Source of the DNA: an uncultured Bacteroides sp.
GTDB lineage: Bacteria > Bacteroidota > Bacteroidia > Bacteroidales > UBA11471
Length of the DNA stretch: 64,000 bases
Assembly (NCBI GenBank): GCA_963931635.1
Contig: OZ007034.1
Span: forward strand, 2,277,506-2,341,505
Direction: 5' to 3'
Part shown: positions 50,824 through 60,807 of the stretch, piece by piece
Position numbering within the stretch: position 1 is the stretch's first letter
Layout: every line of letters starts with the position of its first letter
The notes under the pieces: generated by a model
Told to the model about the DNA's origin: nothing
What the model saw: only the letters and a program-made list of their open reading frames with translations
Databases searched by the model: none
Translations under genes and position numbers: made by a program

Positions 50824-51705
50824 TTATTTTAACTTTATTTTTTTGTCGAAGTGGTTGCGTATGCCGTTGGCGGCCAGATTCATGATGAGAACGATGACGA
50901 TGAGGACAAAAGCCGTCCCGTAAGCAATGGGTTCTTGGGCTTCGATGTCGGTTCCACTGGTGGCTACGACGTAAAGGTGATAGGGCAGGGCCATGCATTG
51001 GTCAAAAATCCCCGTGGGTAATTTGGGTAAAAAATAGGCCGCGCAAGTGAATAGGATAGGAGCTGTTTCGCCCGAAACTCGTCCCAGAGACAAAATCAAT
51101 CCTGTTATGACACGGGGAGTGGCCATCGGAAGCAGTACATTCCAGATGGTCTGGGCTTTTGTGGCACCCAAAGCAAGGCTTCCTTCTCTGAAGTGGTTCG
51201 GAATGTCTTTGAATGTTTCTTCGGTCGTGCGAATAATGATGGGAAGTGCCAACAGTCCCAATGTAAGGGAGCCAGCCAAAATGCTGTCGCCGAAATCTAA
51301 CCGATTGACAAAAAATGCCATTCCGAAGAGGCCGAATACAATCGACGGTATGCCGGCCAAGTTGTTGGTCATGGTCCGTATGAAATTGACCAGTTTCCCC
51401 GAACGGGCATATTCACTCATGTATATGCCGCTCATGATTCCTATGGGAAACGCAAATATGGCGCTGCCAATCATCAAATAAAATGTCCCGACGATGGCCG
51501 GCCAGATTCCTCCCTTGGTCATGCCGTCGCTGGGAGCTTGGGTGATAAAGTCCCAGTTGATGACACCAAACCCTTTGATGAGGATAAATCCCAAGATAAA
51601 AAAGAGTATGACGACAATGCTGTAACTGAAAATCCGGAATAAAGCGAATGCCGAATTTTGAGCTAATTTCCTCCGTTTGATAAAAGAGGTGGTGTTGAAA
51701 CTCAT
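50824..51705 (-). CDS. pstA: phosphate ABC transporter permease
   Basis: GIPSIVFGLFG, REGSLALGA, GETAP. Confidence 0.95.
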   Translation of the reverse strand: MSFNTTSFIKRRKLAQNSAFALFRIFSYSIVVILFFILGFILIKGFGVINWDFITQAPSDGMTKGGIWPAIVGTFYLMIGSAIFAFPIGIMSGIYMSEYARSGKLVNFIRTMTNNLAGIPSIVFGLFGMAFFVNRLDFGDSILAGSLTLGLLALPIIIRTTEETFKDIPNHFREGSLALGATKAQTIWNVLLPMATPRVITGLILSLGRVSGETAPILFTCAAYFLPKLPTGIFDQCMALPYHLYVVATSGTDIEAQEPIAYGTAFVLIVIVLIMNLAANGIRNHFDKKIKLK

Positions 51706-51709
51706 AATA

Positions 51710-52903
51710 CTATTTTTTTATTTTGTTGCGTGCCGAAACGATTTCCACGCAGGAGTTGATGAACAATGTGATAAAGAATAGAATGACACCGAGCAAGAAC
51801 AGGGATTGGTAATGGGCCCCTCCGGCCGGGGCTTCTCCCAATTCGGCTGCAATCGTAGCGGGGATAGTACGCAGCGGTTCCATGATCGATGTCGGTATGA
51901 CCGCCGCATTGCCGGTCACCATAAGCACGGCCATTGTCTCGCCGATGGCGCGGCCTATGCCCAGAACGACACCTGAGGTGATACCCGATATCGAAAACGG
52001 TATGACGACCTTGTATATGGTTTGCCATTGTGAGGAACCGAGTGCCAAACTGGCTTCTCGCATGGATCTTGGGCAACTGCGCATGGCATCTTCGGCAACG
52101 GTGATGATGGTAGGCAGAGCCATGATGGCCAGAACGATGCTTCCGGCCAGTCCGGATTCTCCGACAGGGAGGTCGAAGACGTTTTGCAGGGAAGGAACGA
52201 TGACGGCCAATCCGAAAAATCCATATACGACAGAAGGTATGCCGTTGAGAAGTTCGATAATCGGTTTCAATATTTTTCTGATTTTGGGATTGGCCACTTC
52301 TGACATGTATATGGCTATGGAAAGCCCGAAAGGAAGAGCTATCAGTATGGCAAAGAAACTTACCCAAAGAGTTCCGTACAGCAATGGCAGGATTCCGAAA
52401 ATGGGTGACGGTGTGGCGGTGGGGTACCATTCTTTGCCCAACAAGACATCTTTTACCGGAATGTTTTTGTCTTCAATCAAGCGTATGCCGGGTTCGTTTT
52501 GAACCAGGTTTTTGGGGACAAAAGCAATCATGCCCTTTTCTTGCCGAATGATGTCTCCTATTTTATTCCCCGCATATTCATATTCGGCTCCGAGTTCTTC
52601 TTCGGAATAATATTGGGACAAATCTTCGAGCCGGAATGTTTGCACGGGAATGTCTTCGCCTCCCAACTCTTTCCAGTTGGGTATTTCTTCATCGAAGAGG
52701 TTTTTTATCTGCTCTGCACTTAACGATTTGATTTTGTTTTCTTTGTTGACGGCGAGCGTATATCCGTCTTCGATTATCGGATTGTTGAAGAGACCGACTG
52801 CTTCGGTAAACAAGAAACCAATAATCAACAAAATGGCCGCGCTGGTTACAAAGCCGCTGACGGTAAACAACCGCGTTGCAATATAGTCAATCCATTTTTT
52901 CAT
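51710..52903 (-). CDS. pstC: phosphate ABC transporter permease with PstS-like periplasmic insertion
   Basis: GIPSVVYGFFG, REASLALG, RAIGETMAV; about 100-aa soluble insert after TM1. Confidence 0.93.
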   Translation of the reverse strand: MKKWIDYIATRLFTVSGFVTSAAILLIIGFLFTEAVGLFNNPIIEDGYTLAVNKENKIKSLSAEQIKNLFDEEIPNWKELGGEDIPVQTFRLEDLSQYYSEEELGAEYEYAGNKIGDIIRQEKGMIAFVPKNLVQNEPGIRLIEDKNIPVKDVLLGKEWYPTATPSPIFGILPLLYGTLWVSFFAILIALPFGLSIAIYMSEVANPKIRKILKPIIELLNGIPSVVYGFFGLAVIVPSLQNVFDLPVGESGLAGSIVLAIMALPTIITVAEDAMRSCPRSMREASLALGSSQWQTIYKVVIPFSISGITSGVVLGIGRAIGETMAVLMVTGNAAVIPTSIMEPLRTIPATIAAELGEAPAGGAHYQSLFLLGVILFFITLFINSCVEIVSARNKIKK

Positions 52904-52913
52904 ATAGAATTTT

Positions 52914-53747
52914 TTATAATGTGGCGGGAATGAATCCTAATTCCAAAGAAATGTTTTCGGCCTTTTCTGATGTGATGAATTGTATATAAGGACGGACTTT
53001 TTCTTCGTCTTTTTTATTGTAATAATAGTAAAGCGGCCGCACGATGGGATATTTTTTTGCCCGGGCGTTTTCTATCGACGGGTGAACATAGTTCTTTCCA
53101 CCGTCGTATGATACGTTGATGGCTTTAACAAAAGGGTTGAGGTAGGCCATGCCCACATAACCGATGGCTCCTTTGGTTTGTCTTATCGATTGTATGATGG
53201 CTCCTGTTGCCGGCATGGAAAGGATATTGTTGGTGTAGTTCTTGTTTTCCAGCACGCTTTCTTTGAAAAATTCGTATGTGCCCGATGAGGTTTCCCGTGA
53301 ATATACGATGATTTTGGCATCGGGGCCGCCCACTTCTTCCCAGTTGGTTATTTTCCCCCGAAAAATGGCCTCCAATTCTTCTCGCGTGAGATTGTTGACC
53401 GGATTTGACGGATTGACGATTACTGCCAATGCATCGTAAGCTACAATGACTTCGTTGACCTCGGTGCTGTTTTGTTTCAGTTTCATTTTCTCTCCGAATT
53501 TGATGCGCCGGGAAGACATGGCAATATCGGTCGTCCCTTCCATAATGGCCGAAATGCCCACTCCGCTGCCACCACCTGTGACGGTGACCGATGTATTTGG
53601 ATATTCGTGCATGAATGTTTCGGCCCATTTTTGGGTGAGAGGAAGAACCGTGTCGCTGCCTTTGATGCGTTGTGAAGCAGATGGTTGAGAAAAGATGAGG
53701 AACAACGGGAGAATCAAAAGAATGTTTTTATACATATTATTCGGCAT
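52914..53747 (-). CDS. pstS: phosphate-binding protein
   Basis: GSDTV, GGGSGVG, RETSSGT, YPIVRPL; start may be the second Met (53735). Confidence 0.94.
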   Translation of the reverse strand: MPNNMYKNILLILPLFLIFSQPSASQRIKGSDTVLPLTQKWAETFMHEYPNTSVTVTGGGSGVGISAIMEGTTDIAMSSRRIKFGEKMKLKQNSTEVNEVIVAYDALAVIVNPSNPVNNLTREELEAIFRGKITNWEEVGGPDAKIIVYSRETSSGTYEFFKESVLENKNYTNNILSMPATGAIIQSIRQTKGAIGYVGMAYLNPFVKAINVSYDGGKNYVHPSIENARAKKYPIVRPLYYYYNKKDEEKVRPYIQFITSEKAENISLELGFIPATL

Positions 53748-53950
53748 TAATTTGACGATGCAAAATTCATATTATAATGCGAAAAAGATGTTACATTCAG
53801 ATTAAAATTTTTTTCACAATGAAAATAATTGTACCACTACATGATTATAAAGTTTCATTATGGGGAATATGTTATGCTGGCCAGCGTGGGAAAAAGTATT
53901 CGGGTCGATGTAAATAAAATAAAGGAATGTGATAAATGGATTTTATTCGC

Positions 53951-53958
53951 TATCTTTG
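53951..53958 (+). promoter_or_regulatory. -7 promoter box for glnS
   Basis: TATCTTTG. Confidence 0.6.
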
Positions 53959-54006
53959 CCGCTATTAAACAAACGTGATATATCTGCAAGTAGAAAAACT
54001 TTGACC

Positions 54007-55710
54007 ATGACACAAGTAGCAGAACAAAATGAAGAGGAAAAGAAAAGCCTGAATTTTATAGAACTGGCTGTCGAGGCCGATTTGGCTGCCGGCAAAAACG
54101 GAGGTCGGTTGAATACCCGTTTCCCGCCCGAGCCGAATGGCTATTTGCATATAGGCCATGCGAAAGCGATATGCATGGACTTTGGCATTGCCGAGAAATT
54201 TGGCGGAACCTGCAATTTGCGTTTCGATGACACCAATCCTGCCCGTGAAGATGTGGAATATGTCGATTCCATCATGGAAGATATACATTGGTTGGGCTTC
54301 GATTGGGGAGACCGTCTCTATTATGCATCGGATTATTTCCCCAAATTGTATGATTTGGCCATACGCATGATAAAAGAGGGCTATGCCTATGTCGACGAGC
54401 AGACCTCGGAGCAGATTGCCCAGCAGAAGGGTACCCCCACCCAACCCGGAGTGAGCAGCCCTTATCGCGACCGCCCCATAGAAGAGAATCTCGACCTTTT
54501 TGAACGCATGAACAAAGGTGAGTTTGAAGAAGGTTCGATGGTATTGCGCGCAAAAATCGACATGGCCTCTTCGAACATGCACATGAGAGACCCGATCATG
54601 TATCGCATCATCAAGCACCCGCATCACCGTACGGGAACGAAATGGAACGTATATCCCATGTACGATTTCGCCCATGGACAGTCGGACTATTTCGAAGGGG
54701 TGACCCACTCGATATGTACGTTGGAGTTTGAAGTACACCGTCCCCTGTATGAGTGGTTCGTGAAATTCCTTGCCGACGAGAGCTATTGCCCGCGACAGAT
54801 CGAGTTCAACCGCCTCAATCTCACCTATACGGTGATGAGCAAGCGCAAATTGTTGCAGCTCGTGCAAGAGAAACTCGTGAGCGGTTGGGACGACCCCCGC
54901 ATGCCGACCCTCTGCGGATTGCGCCGTCGCGGGTACACCCCTGAGTCGATACGCAATTTTGTCGACAAAATCGGCTACACCAAATTCGACGGTCTCATCG
55001 ACGTGGCGTTGCTCGAACACAGCATACGCGAAGACCTCAACAAAAACGCCAATCGGGTAGCAGCCGTTGTCAATCCCGTGAAACTGGTTATTACCAATTA
55101 TCCCGAAGACAAGGTTGAGTATCTCGATACCGAAAACAATCCGGAGAAACCCGAAGCTGGTGTGCATACGATACCTTTCACCCGTGAACTCTATATTGAG
55201 CGGGACGACTTTATGGAGAATCCTCCCAAAAAATTCTTCCGCATGACTCCGGGGCAGGAGGTGCGACTCAAATCGGCTTATATCGTGAAGTGTACCGGAT
55301 GTAAAAAGAACGAAGCCGGCGACATAGAAGAGATATATTGCGAGTATGACCCTGAAACTCGCAGCGGTATGCCGGGAAGTAACCGTAAGGTAAAAGGTAC
55401 CCTGCATTGGGTGCCGGCTCGATATGCCGTAGAAGCCGAAGTGCGCATGTACGATCGACTATTCATGGTTGAGAATCCGGCCGAGGAGAAGGAAAAAGAT
55501 TTCCGGGAATTGTTAAATCCCGATTCGCTGAAAGTCGTGAAAGCCTATATCGAGCCATATTTGGCCGAGACGGCAGAGGTGGGAAATCATTATCAATTCC
55601 AACGTATCGGCTATTTTTCGGTCGACCCCGATTCCACACCCGGACATCTGGTCTTTAACCGTACCGTTTCGCTGAAAGACAGTTGGGAGAAAATAAAGGA
55701 TAAACATTGA
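54007..55710 (+). CDS. glnS: glutamine--tRNA ligase
   Basis: TRFPPEPNGYLHIGH, MSKRKL, FNRTVSLKD; start trimmed to ATG 54007. Confidence 0.96.
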   Translation: MTQVAEQNEEEKKSLNFIELAVEADLAAGKNGGRLNTRFPPEPNGYLHIGHAKAICMDFGIAEKFGGTCNLRFDDTNPAREDVEYVDSIMEDIHWLGFDWGDRLYYASDYFPKLYDLAIRMIKEGYAYVDEQTSEQIAQQKGTPTQPGVSSPYRDRPIEENLDLFERMNKGEFEEGSMVLRAKIDMASSNMHMRDPIMYRIIKHPHHRTGTKWNVYPMYDFAHGQSDYFEGVTHSICTLEFEVHRPLYEWFVKFLADESYCPRQIEFNRLNLTYTVMSKRKLLQLVQEKLVSGWDDPRMPTLCGLRRRGYTPESIRNFVDKIGYTKFDGLIDVALLEHSIREDLNKNANRVAAVVNPVKLVITNYPEDKVEYLDTENNPEKPEAGVHTIPFTRELYIERDDFMENPPKKFFRMTPGQEVRLKSAYIVKCTGCKKNEAGDIEEIYCEYDPETRSGMPGSNRKVKGTLHWVPARYAVEAEVRMYDRLFMVENPAEEKEKDFRELLNPDSLKVVKAYIEPYLAETAEVGNHYQFQRIGYFSVDPDSTPGHLVFNRTVSLKDSWEKIKDKH

Positions 55711-55732
55711 AGCATATATTAATCTATTTCTT

Positions 55733-55770
55733 GCCGGAGTAATGCGGAAAATTTTTCGCTTTACTCCGGT
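55733..55770 (+). terminator. stem-loop after glnS
   Basis: GCCGGAGTAATGCGGAAAA/TTTTTCGCTTTACTCCGGT. Confidence 0.55.
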
Positions 55771-55790
55771 ATTGTCTTAAAATAGAGTTT

Positions 55791-57236
55791 ATGGACCAGG
55801 AAGATATCAACTCAGAATTGATACGTCGTTATGAAGATATGCTTCGTAAGGGAGAACGTTGTTATTTCGATGCCGAAGACATAGAGGACATCGCCTATGA
55901 ATATGAGCTATCGGAACAATACCAGGCAGCCCTTGATGTCATCGAATATGGATTGGAATTACACCCGGGCAATCCCGAGTTGTTGGTGCGCCGCGGTGGT
56001 TATTTGTTATGCCTCGACCGTATCGATGAAGCTGAGGAACAGATGGCTGCTGTGCAAAGCCATACGGTAGATGCTCTTCTTATTCAGGCAGAGATATCAC
56101 TTATACGTTCACAGTTTATGAAGGCTGTGGGCTGTATCCGAGAGTTGCTTGATTCCGACGAATTGTCACTCGACATATGCCTTGATGTAATAGACCTGTT
56201 CCTGGATTATGATTGTCTCGATGATGCCTATTCGTTTATCGAAGAAGCTTGTCGCCGCCTGCCCAAAGAGAAGGATGCTCTCTTGCGTGAGCTGGCACAT
56301 ATCTATGAAGACCAGCAGAAGAACGACGAGGCCATTGCCATATACAACCAGTTGCTCGACAGGAATCCCTATTCTCACGCCGATTGGTTCGACTTGGCCC
56401 GTCTGTTGGCCTTGCAGGGAAAATACGATGAAGCCATAGAAGCCTGCGATTTTGCCTTGGCCATAGACGAGAATCATGTCGAGACGATGATATCGAAAGG
56501 CTGTTGTCTTTATGACAAAGGCGAATTTCAGGCCGCCATGCACATATTCGACGAGGTACTCGAAATGGCCGGCGACAAGAGTATGGCCCATGCCATGCTG
56601 GCAGCCTGCTATGCCCACATGGAGATGTATGAAAAGGCTATTGATTCGTTGCTCTTGGCCATACAATATGCCGACTATCCGAATGCCGATCTATATTATC
56701 AACTGGCTACTAATTATTATAGTCTTAACGATATACCCCATACACGAGAAGCTCTGAAAAAAGCGCTCGAAGTAGATTCCTGCCACATCGATGCTCTACT
56801 GTTTAATGCCGAGATAGATATGTATGAAAATCGGCTTGACGATGCCGAAAAAGAGTTCGGCAAAGTACTTGCCCTTGATGCCGAGAATGCGTATGCTAGT
56901 AAGAGTCTGGGCCAAATCATGGAGTTACGGGCTGTAAAATCGGTCGGAGAGGAGCGATCCCGTTACCGCCTTCGTGCCATTAAATATTACACGCAGGCGG
57001 TCGATTATTCTCGCTATACCGATGTGGAGATGCTGTTGAGTCTTGCCTTGGCCCACTTCAAGTATGGCGATGTCGAGGAGGCCATGCGTCTGGCCGGAGA
57101 GATAGAGACGCTTATGAGCGACCCCCAAATATTGAATTCTCTTGATGAGGAAAACCATAAGCGGGTCGAGTCGTTGGCCCATATCATGAATCTGTTGCGG
57201 GACGAATTGGGAAGAAATCTGAATACAAACTTGTAA
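55791..57236 (+). CDS. tetratricopeptide repeat protein
   Basis: Repeated TPR-like helices (EAIAIYNQLLDRNPY, EAIEACDFALAIDE). Confidence 0.85.
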   Translation: MDQEDINSELIRRYEDMLRKGERCYFDAEDIEDIAYEYELSEQYQAALDVIEYGLELHPGNPELLVRRGGYLLCLDRIDEAEEQMAAVQSHTVDALLIQAEISLIRSQFMKAVGCIRELLDSDELSLDICLDVIDLFLDYDCLDDAYSFIEEACRRLPKEKDALLRELAHIYEDQQKNDEAIAIYNQLLDRNPYSHADWFDLARLLALQGKYDEAIEACDFALAIDENHVETMISKGCCLYDKGEFQAAMHIFDEVLEMAGDKSMAHAMLAACYAHMEMYEKAIDSLLLAIQYADYPNADLYYQLATNYYSLNDIPHTREALKKALEVDSCHIDALLFNAEIDMYENRLDDAEKEFGKVLALDAENAYASKSLGQIMELRAVKSVGEERSRYRLRAIKYYTQAVDYSRYTDVEMLLSLALAHFKYGDVEEAMRLAGEIETLMSDPQILNSLDEENHKRVESLAHIMNLLRDELGRNLNTNL

Positions 57237-57253
57237 ATAATATCATTTAATTT

Positions 57254-58198
57254 ATGGAAGAAAAAAGAAGTGAGAAGGAGAACGGCGTTACTAAACGAGG
57301 AGTGAAAGATTATGCCGTAGTCATGCTTAAAGGTATAGGTATGGGTGCCGCCGACGTTGTGCCCGGGGTTTCGGGTGGAACGATAGCCTTTATCGTAGGC
57401 ATTTACGACGAACTTATAGACTCGATAAAAAGCATCAATATACATTCGCTGAAATTGTTGTTTACCGGAAAGTTTATAGCTTTTTGGAAAGCAATTAATG
57501 CCAATTTCTTATTGTCTTTGATTGTAGGCATTGCTATCAGTATCTTTTCTTTGGCAAAACTTATTACCTATTTACTCGATAATGAACCGGTACTGGTGTG
57601 GGCTTTCTTCTTTGGCCTCGTCTTGGCTTCTACATGGTTTGTCTCAAAAGATATTAAGGAGTGGAACTGGAAAACGATTCTGGGCTTTATAGCAGGAGCC
57701 GCCATAGCTTATTACATTACCATAGCGACACCGGCCGAGACATCGACCAACCTGCTGTTTATTTTCTTTTGCGGGGCAATTGCCATTTGTGCCATGATAT
57801 TGCCCGGCATATCGGGAAGCTTCATCTTACTTCTCCTGGGAAAATATTATTACATCATGGAGGCGATTAACAAGTTGGACTTTGTCGTGCTTGGTGTTTT
57901 TGCCGTAGGAGCGCTTCTTGGTATCACAAGTTTCTCGCGTGTACTCTCCTATGCATTGAAGTATTTCCGCAATATTACACTGTCGGTCTTAATCGGTTTT
58001 ATGTTGGGGTCGCTCAACAAAGTTTGGCCGTGGAAAGAGGTGGTGGAGACCTATGTCAATAGTCATGGTGAGGTGAAACCTCTCGTCGAGAACAACATCT
58101 TGCCAAGCGAACTTGTGGTGGAAGGGTTTGTCTTGATGGTGGTAGGCTTTGTCCTTGTGTATGTCTTGGAAAAACTGTCGGCAAAGAAAGTTAGTTGA
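57254..58198 (+). CDS. DUF368 family protein (undecaprenyl-phosphate translocase family)
   Basis: Duplicated re-entrant motifs MGAADVVPGVSGGT and AMILPGISGS. Confidence 0.9.
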   Translation: MEEKRSEKENGVTKRGVKDYAVVMLKGIGMGAADVVPGVSGGTIAFIVGIYDELIDSIKSINIHSLKLLFTGKFIAFWKAINANFLLSLIVGIAISIFSLAKLITYLLDNEPVLVWAFFFGLVLASTWFVSKDIKEWNWKTILGFIAGAAIAYYITIATPAETSTNLLFIFFCGAIAICAMILPGISGSFILLLLGKYYYIMEAINKLDFVVLGVFAVGALLGITSFSRVLSYALKYFRNITLSVLIGFMLGSLNKVWPWKEVVETYVNSHGEVKPLVENNILPSELVVEGFVLMVVGFVLVYVLEKLSAKKVS

Positions 58199-58241
58199 TT
58201 TTCTGCTTTTTTTCGATAAATTCGTGTTCTGATTCTTCTCG

Positions 58242-59783
58242 ATGGATGACAATAAGCAGCTCGAAAACAATAAGCGCATAGCTCGCAATACCCTCTTCCT
58301 GTACCTGCGCATGATACTTATCATGGGGGTGAGTCTGTATACATCACGGGTTATACTGAATGTGCTAGGCGATGTTGATTTTGGTTTGTATAATGTTGTT
58401 GCGGGTGTGATTGTCATATTTTCGTTCATGACCGATTCAATGGCAAGCACTTCCTCGAGATACATAACCGTAGCTCTTGGTGGTGGCGATAAAGTAGAAC
58501 TGCAACGAGTTACAAGTACTACCCGACTTATACAGGTATTTCTTGCTATCGCTATTTTTGTCTTGGCTGAGACTATCGGTTTATGGCTGTTGCTTAATAA
58601 ACTGGTGATTCCTCCTGATAGAGAGGTAGCTGCTTTTTGGGTGTATCAGTGCTCGGTGTTGACAGCTATGGTAACTATATTAAGTTCACCTTATAATGCA
58701 TTAATCATAGCACATGAGCAAATGAAGGCTTTTGCCTATATTTCATTGCTTGAAGCTGTCTTGAAATTTTTGATTGCTTATTCTCTTTTGTATGTTGACA
58801 GTGATAAGCTCGTCTTGTATGCTGTGTTATTGCTTGTTTTGCAACTTTTTATACGTTTTTGTTATCTTATCTATTGCCGGAAGCATTTTCCTGAGGTAAA
58901 AGCACGATTGCATTTTGAGAAACAGAGATTTAAAGAGATGTTTGCATATTCAGGCTGGACCTCTCTTGAATTTTTGGCTGTTGCCGGTTATACACAAGGT
59001 TTGAATGTTTTGCTCAATATTTTTTTCGGACCTGTAGTAAATGCTGCTAATGCAATATCGGTTCAAGTTCAAGGAGCCGTAAACCGATTTATATCAAGTT
59101 TTCAAACGGCCTTAAAACCTCAGATTACAAAATCTTATGCCTCTAATGATCTTAATTATATGCACAAATTGGTTCTTTACGGGTCGAAATATGCTTTTTT
59201 CTTAATGCTTATACTGGGATATCCTATTTTTATTAATATAGAGTATATATTGAAATTGTGGTTAGGTAATGTACCACAGTATACAATAATTTTTGTCAGA
59301 TTGATGTTGATAATATCATTGGTGGGTTCGTTGAGAAATTCTCTCCACTCGGCTTTGCATGCTACAGGTAGAATACGCAAAGTACAGATTGTTGAGACTG
59401 TAACATTACTGATGATTGTACCTGTCTCATACGTTATTTTGAAGTGCGGTGTGACTTACCCGGCAATAGTGTTTGGCGTGTTTTTGGTTGTTAAAATTAT
59501 TGCCTTGATTTTTTATGCTCATTATATTTTGCCCATGATAAAGTTGTCAGTCACCTCGTATCTTTGTGTTGTTATATATCCGTTACTTTTTATTATAGCT
59601 GTTTTAGGTGTACTATTTATTTTGTGTACTCCAAGAATGGATATCTCTTATTTGATTGTTTCTTCAGTAGTAAGCGTGTGTGTGGTTATTATACTGATTT
59701 ATACCATGGGAATGAGAAATGATGAACGTAAATTTTTAAAGGGAAAAATTTACGGCTATTATCATCATTGGATAAAAAAATAG
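58242..59783 (+). CDS. polysaccharide flippase (Wzx/MATE-like)
   Basis: NKRIARNT..LYLRM, LG..DFGLYNVV, PQITKSYA, many TM segments. Confidence 0.87.
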   Translation: MDDNKQLENNKRIARNTLFLYLRMILIMGVSLYTSRVILNVLGDVDFGLYNVVAGVIVIFSFMTDSMASTSSRYITVALGGGDKVELQRVTSTTRLIQVFLAIAIFVLAETIGLWLLLNKLVIPPDREVAAFWVYQCSVLTAMVTILSSPYNALIIAHEQMKAFAYISLLEAVLKFLIAYSLLYVDSDKLVLYAVLLLVLQLFIRFCYLIYCRKHFPEVKARLHFEKQRFKEMFAYSGWTSLEFLAVAGYTQGLNVLLNIFFGPVVNAANAISVQVQGAVNRFISSFQTALKPQITKSYASNDLNYMHKLVLYGSKYAFFLMLILGYPIFINIEYILKLWLGNVPQYTIIFVRLMLIISLVGSLRNSLHSALHATGRIRKVQIVETVTLLMIVPVSYVILKCGVTYPAIVFGVFLVVKIIALIFYAHYILPMIKLSVTSYLCVVIYPLLFIIAVLGVLFILCTPRMDISYLIVSSVVSVCVVIILIYTMGMRNDERKFLKGKIYGYYHHWIKK

Positions 59784-59787
59784 AGTT

Positions 59788-60780
59788 TTAGCAACGTTGG
59801 TCTTTAGTTCCTAAATGTGCCAAATAATCGGGGTACGAAAGATACTCTTTGGAATGAACATATTTATATCCTATTAGATTTCCTTTCCAAATGTTGAAAA
59901 GAATATACCACTTCCTCTTGGATAGAAAATTTATAAACGAAAAACATAAATATATTAGACTGGTTCCTAAATAAGAAAAAATACAAAGAATCTTGTTTTC
60001 CCGTTTAGTTTGAATAGAATATATGGTTCTCCACCAGATAGCATATCGTATGATAATGGCGTTCAAGTGTGCTTCTCGATAATTTTTGTGGTTCCCACTT
60101 TTTGCATTCAAATGGACGATACCGCTATTATAATATATAAGAGTTCTATATCCGTATAAATATAATTTATAGTAAAATAGTTGGTCGTCGCCTAAAGCAT
60201 ATTTGAAATGGTCTATCCAGCGTTCATCTTCAAAATGAATGTGTTCATAGGCTTTTTTTCGGCATAATAAACAAGCAAAGGCTGCGCTTTGTGTAGGCAT
60301 GATTGCATCGGGGTCATTGTTATAGGAGTAATGGCCAGAGCGCCTTATTTTGAATGCCCAATGTTTATCCCAATGAGGGAATGTCTGAGAAGAAAGAGCT
60401 GCTTTTATTTTGGCTCTAAATGAAAGCTCATGATTTAGGAATATATTGGGAGATATACAATCACCATTATATTGTTTCAACGCCGAGAATAACTTTTCAA
60501 CGCCATTATTGGGAATAACGATGTCATCGTCAAGAAATAGAATCCACTCTGTGTCTATTTCATTAAAAGGTAAAGAGCGTTGGCTTACCATACCCTTTGG
60601 ACAGTAGATGTATTGTTCGATGCCAATAGTCTCTTTGGGTATGGAATAGCCTTCGGCAATGTAGACGAGTATTTTTTGTGGAGGAATGGTTTGTTTCTGT
60701 AAGGAAAGAAGAGTCTGAAGATATTTTTCTCCGCCAGTTCCTAATGTACGTATAGCTACACAATATTGAGGGGTATCCAT
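59788..60780 (-). CDS. glycosyltransferase family 2-like
   Basis: GT-A fold start (YCVAIRT), WILFLDDD DxD motif, GDDQ. Confidence 0.82.
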   Translation of the reverse strand: MDTPQYCVAIRTLGTGGEKYLQTLLSLQKQTIPPQKILVYIAEGYSIPKETIGIEQYIYCPKGMVSQRSLPFNEIDTEWILFLDDDIVIPNNGVEKLFSALKQYNGDCISPNIFLNHELSFRAKIKAALSSQTFPHWDKHWAFKIRRSGHYSYNNDPDAIMPTQSAAFACLLCRKKAYEHIHFEDERWIDHFKYALGDDQLFYYKLYLYGYRTLIYYNSGIVHLNAKSGNHKNYREAHLNAIIIRYAIWWRTIYSIQTKRENKILCIFSYLGTSLIYLCFSFINFLSKRKWYILFNIWKGNLIGYKYVHSKEYLSYPDYLAHLGTKDQRC

Positions 60781-60807
60781 ATTATAATTATATAGTCTGA
60801 GATGATT

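Noticed and set aside
53965-55407. 480-aa antisense ORF opposite glnS (likewise 917-2107, 14418-15602, 17991-19211, 28538-29548)
   Set aside because: Same shadow effect opposite well-supported genes; composition not protein-like
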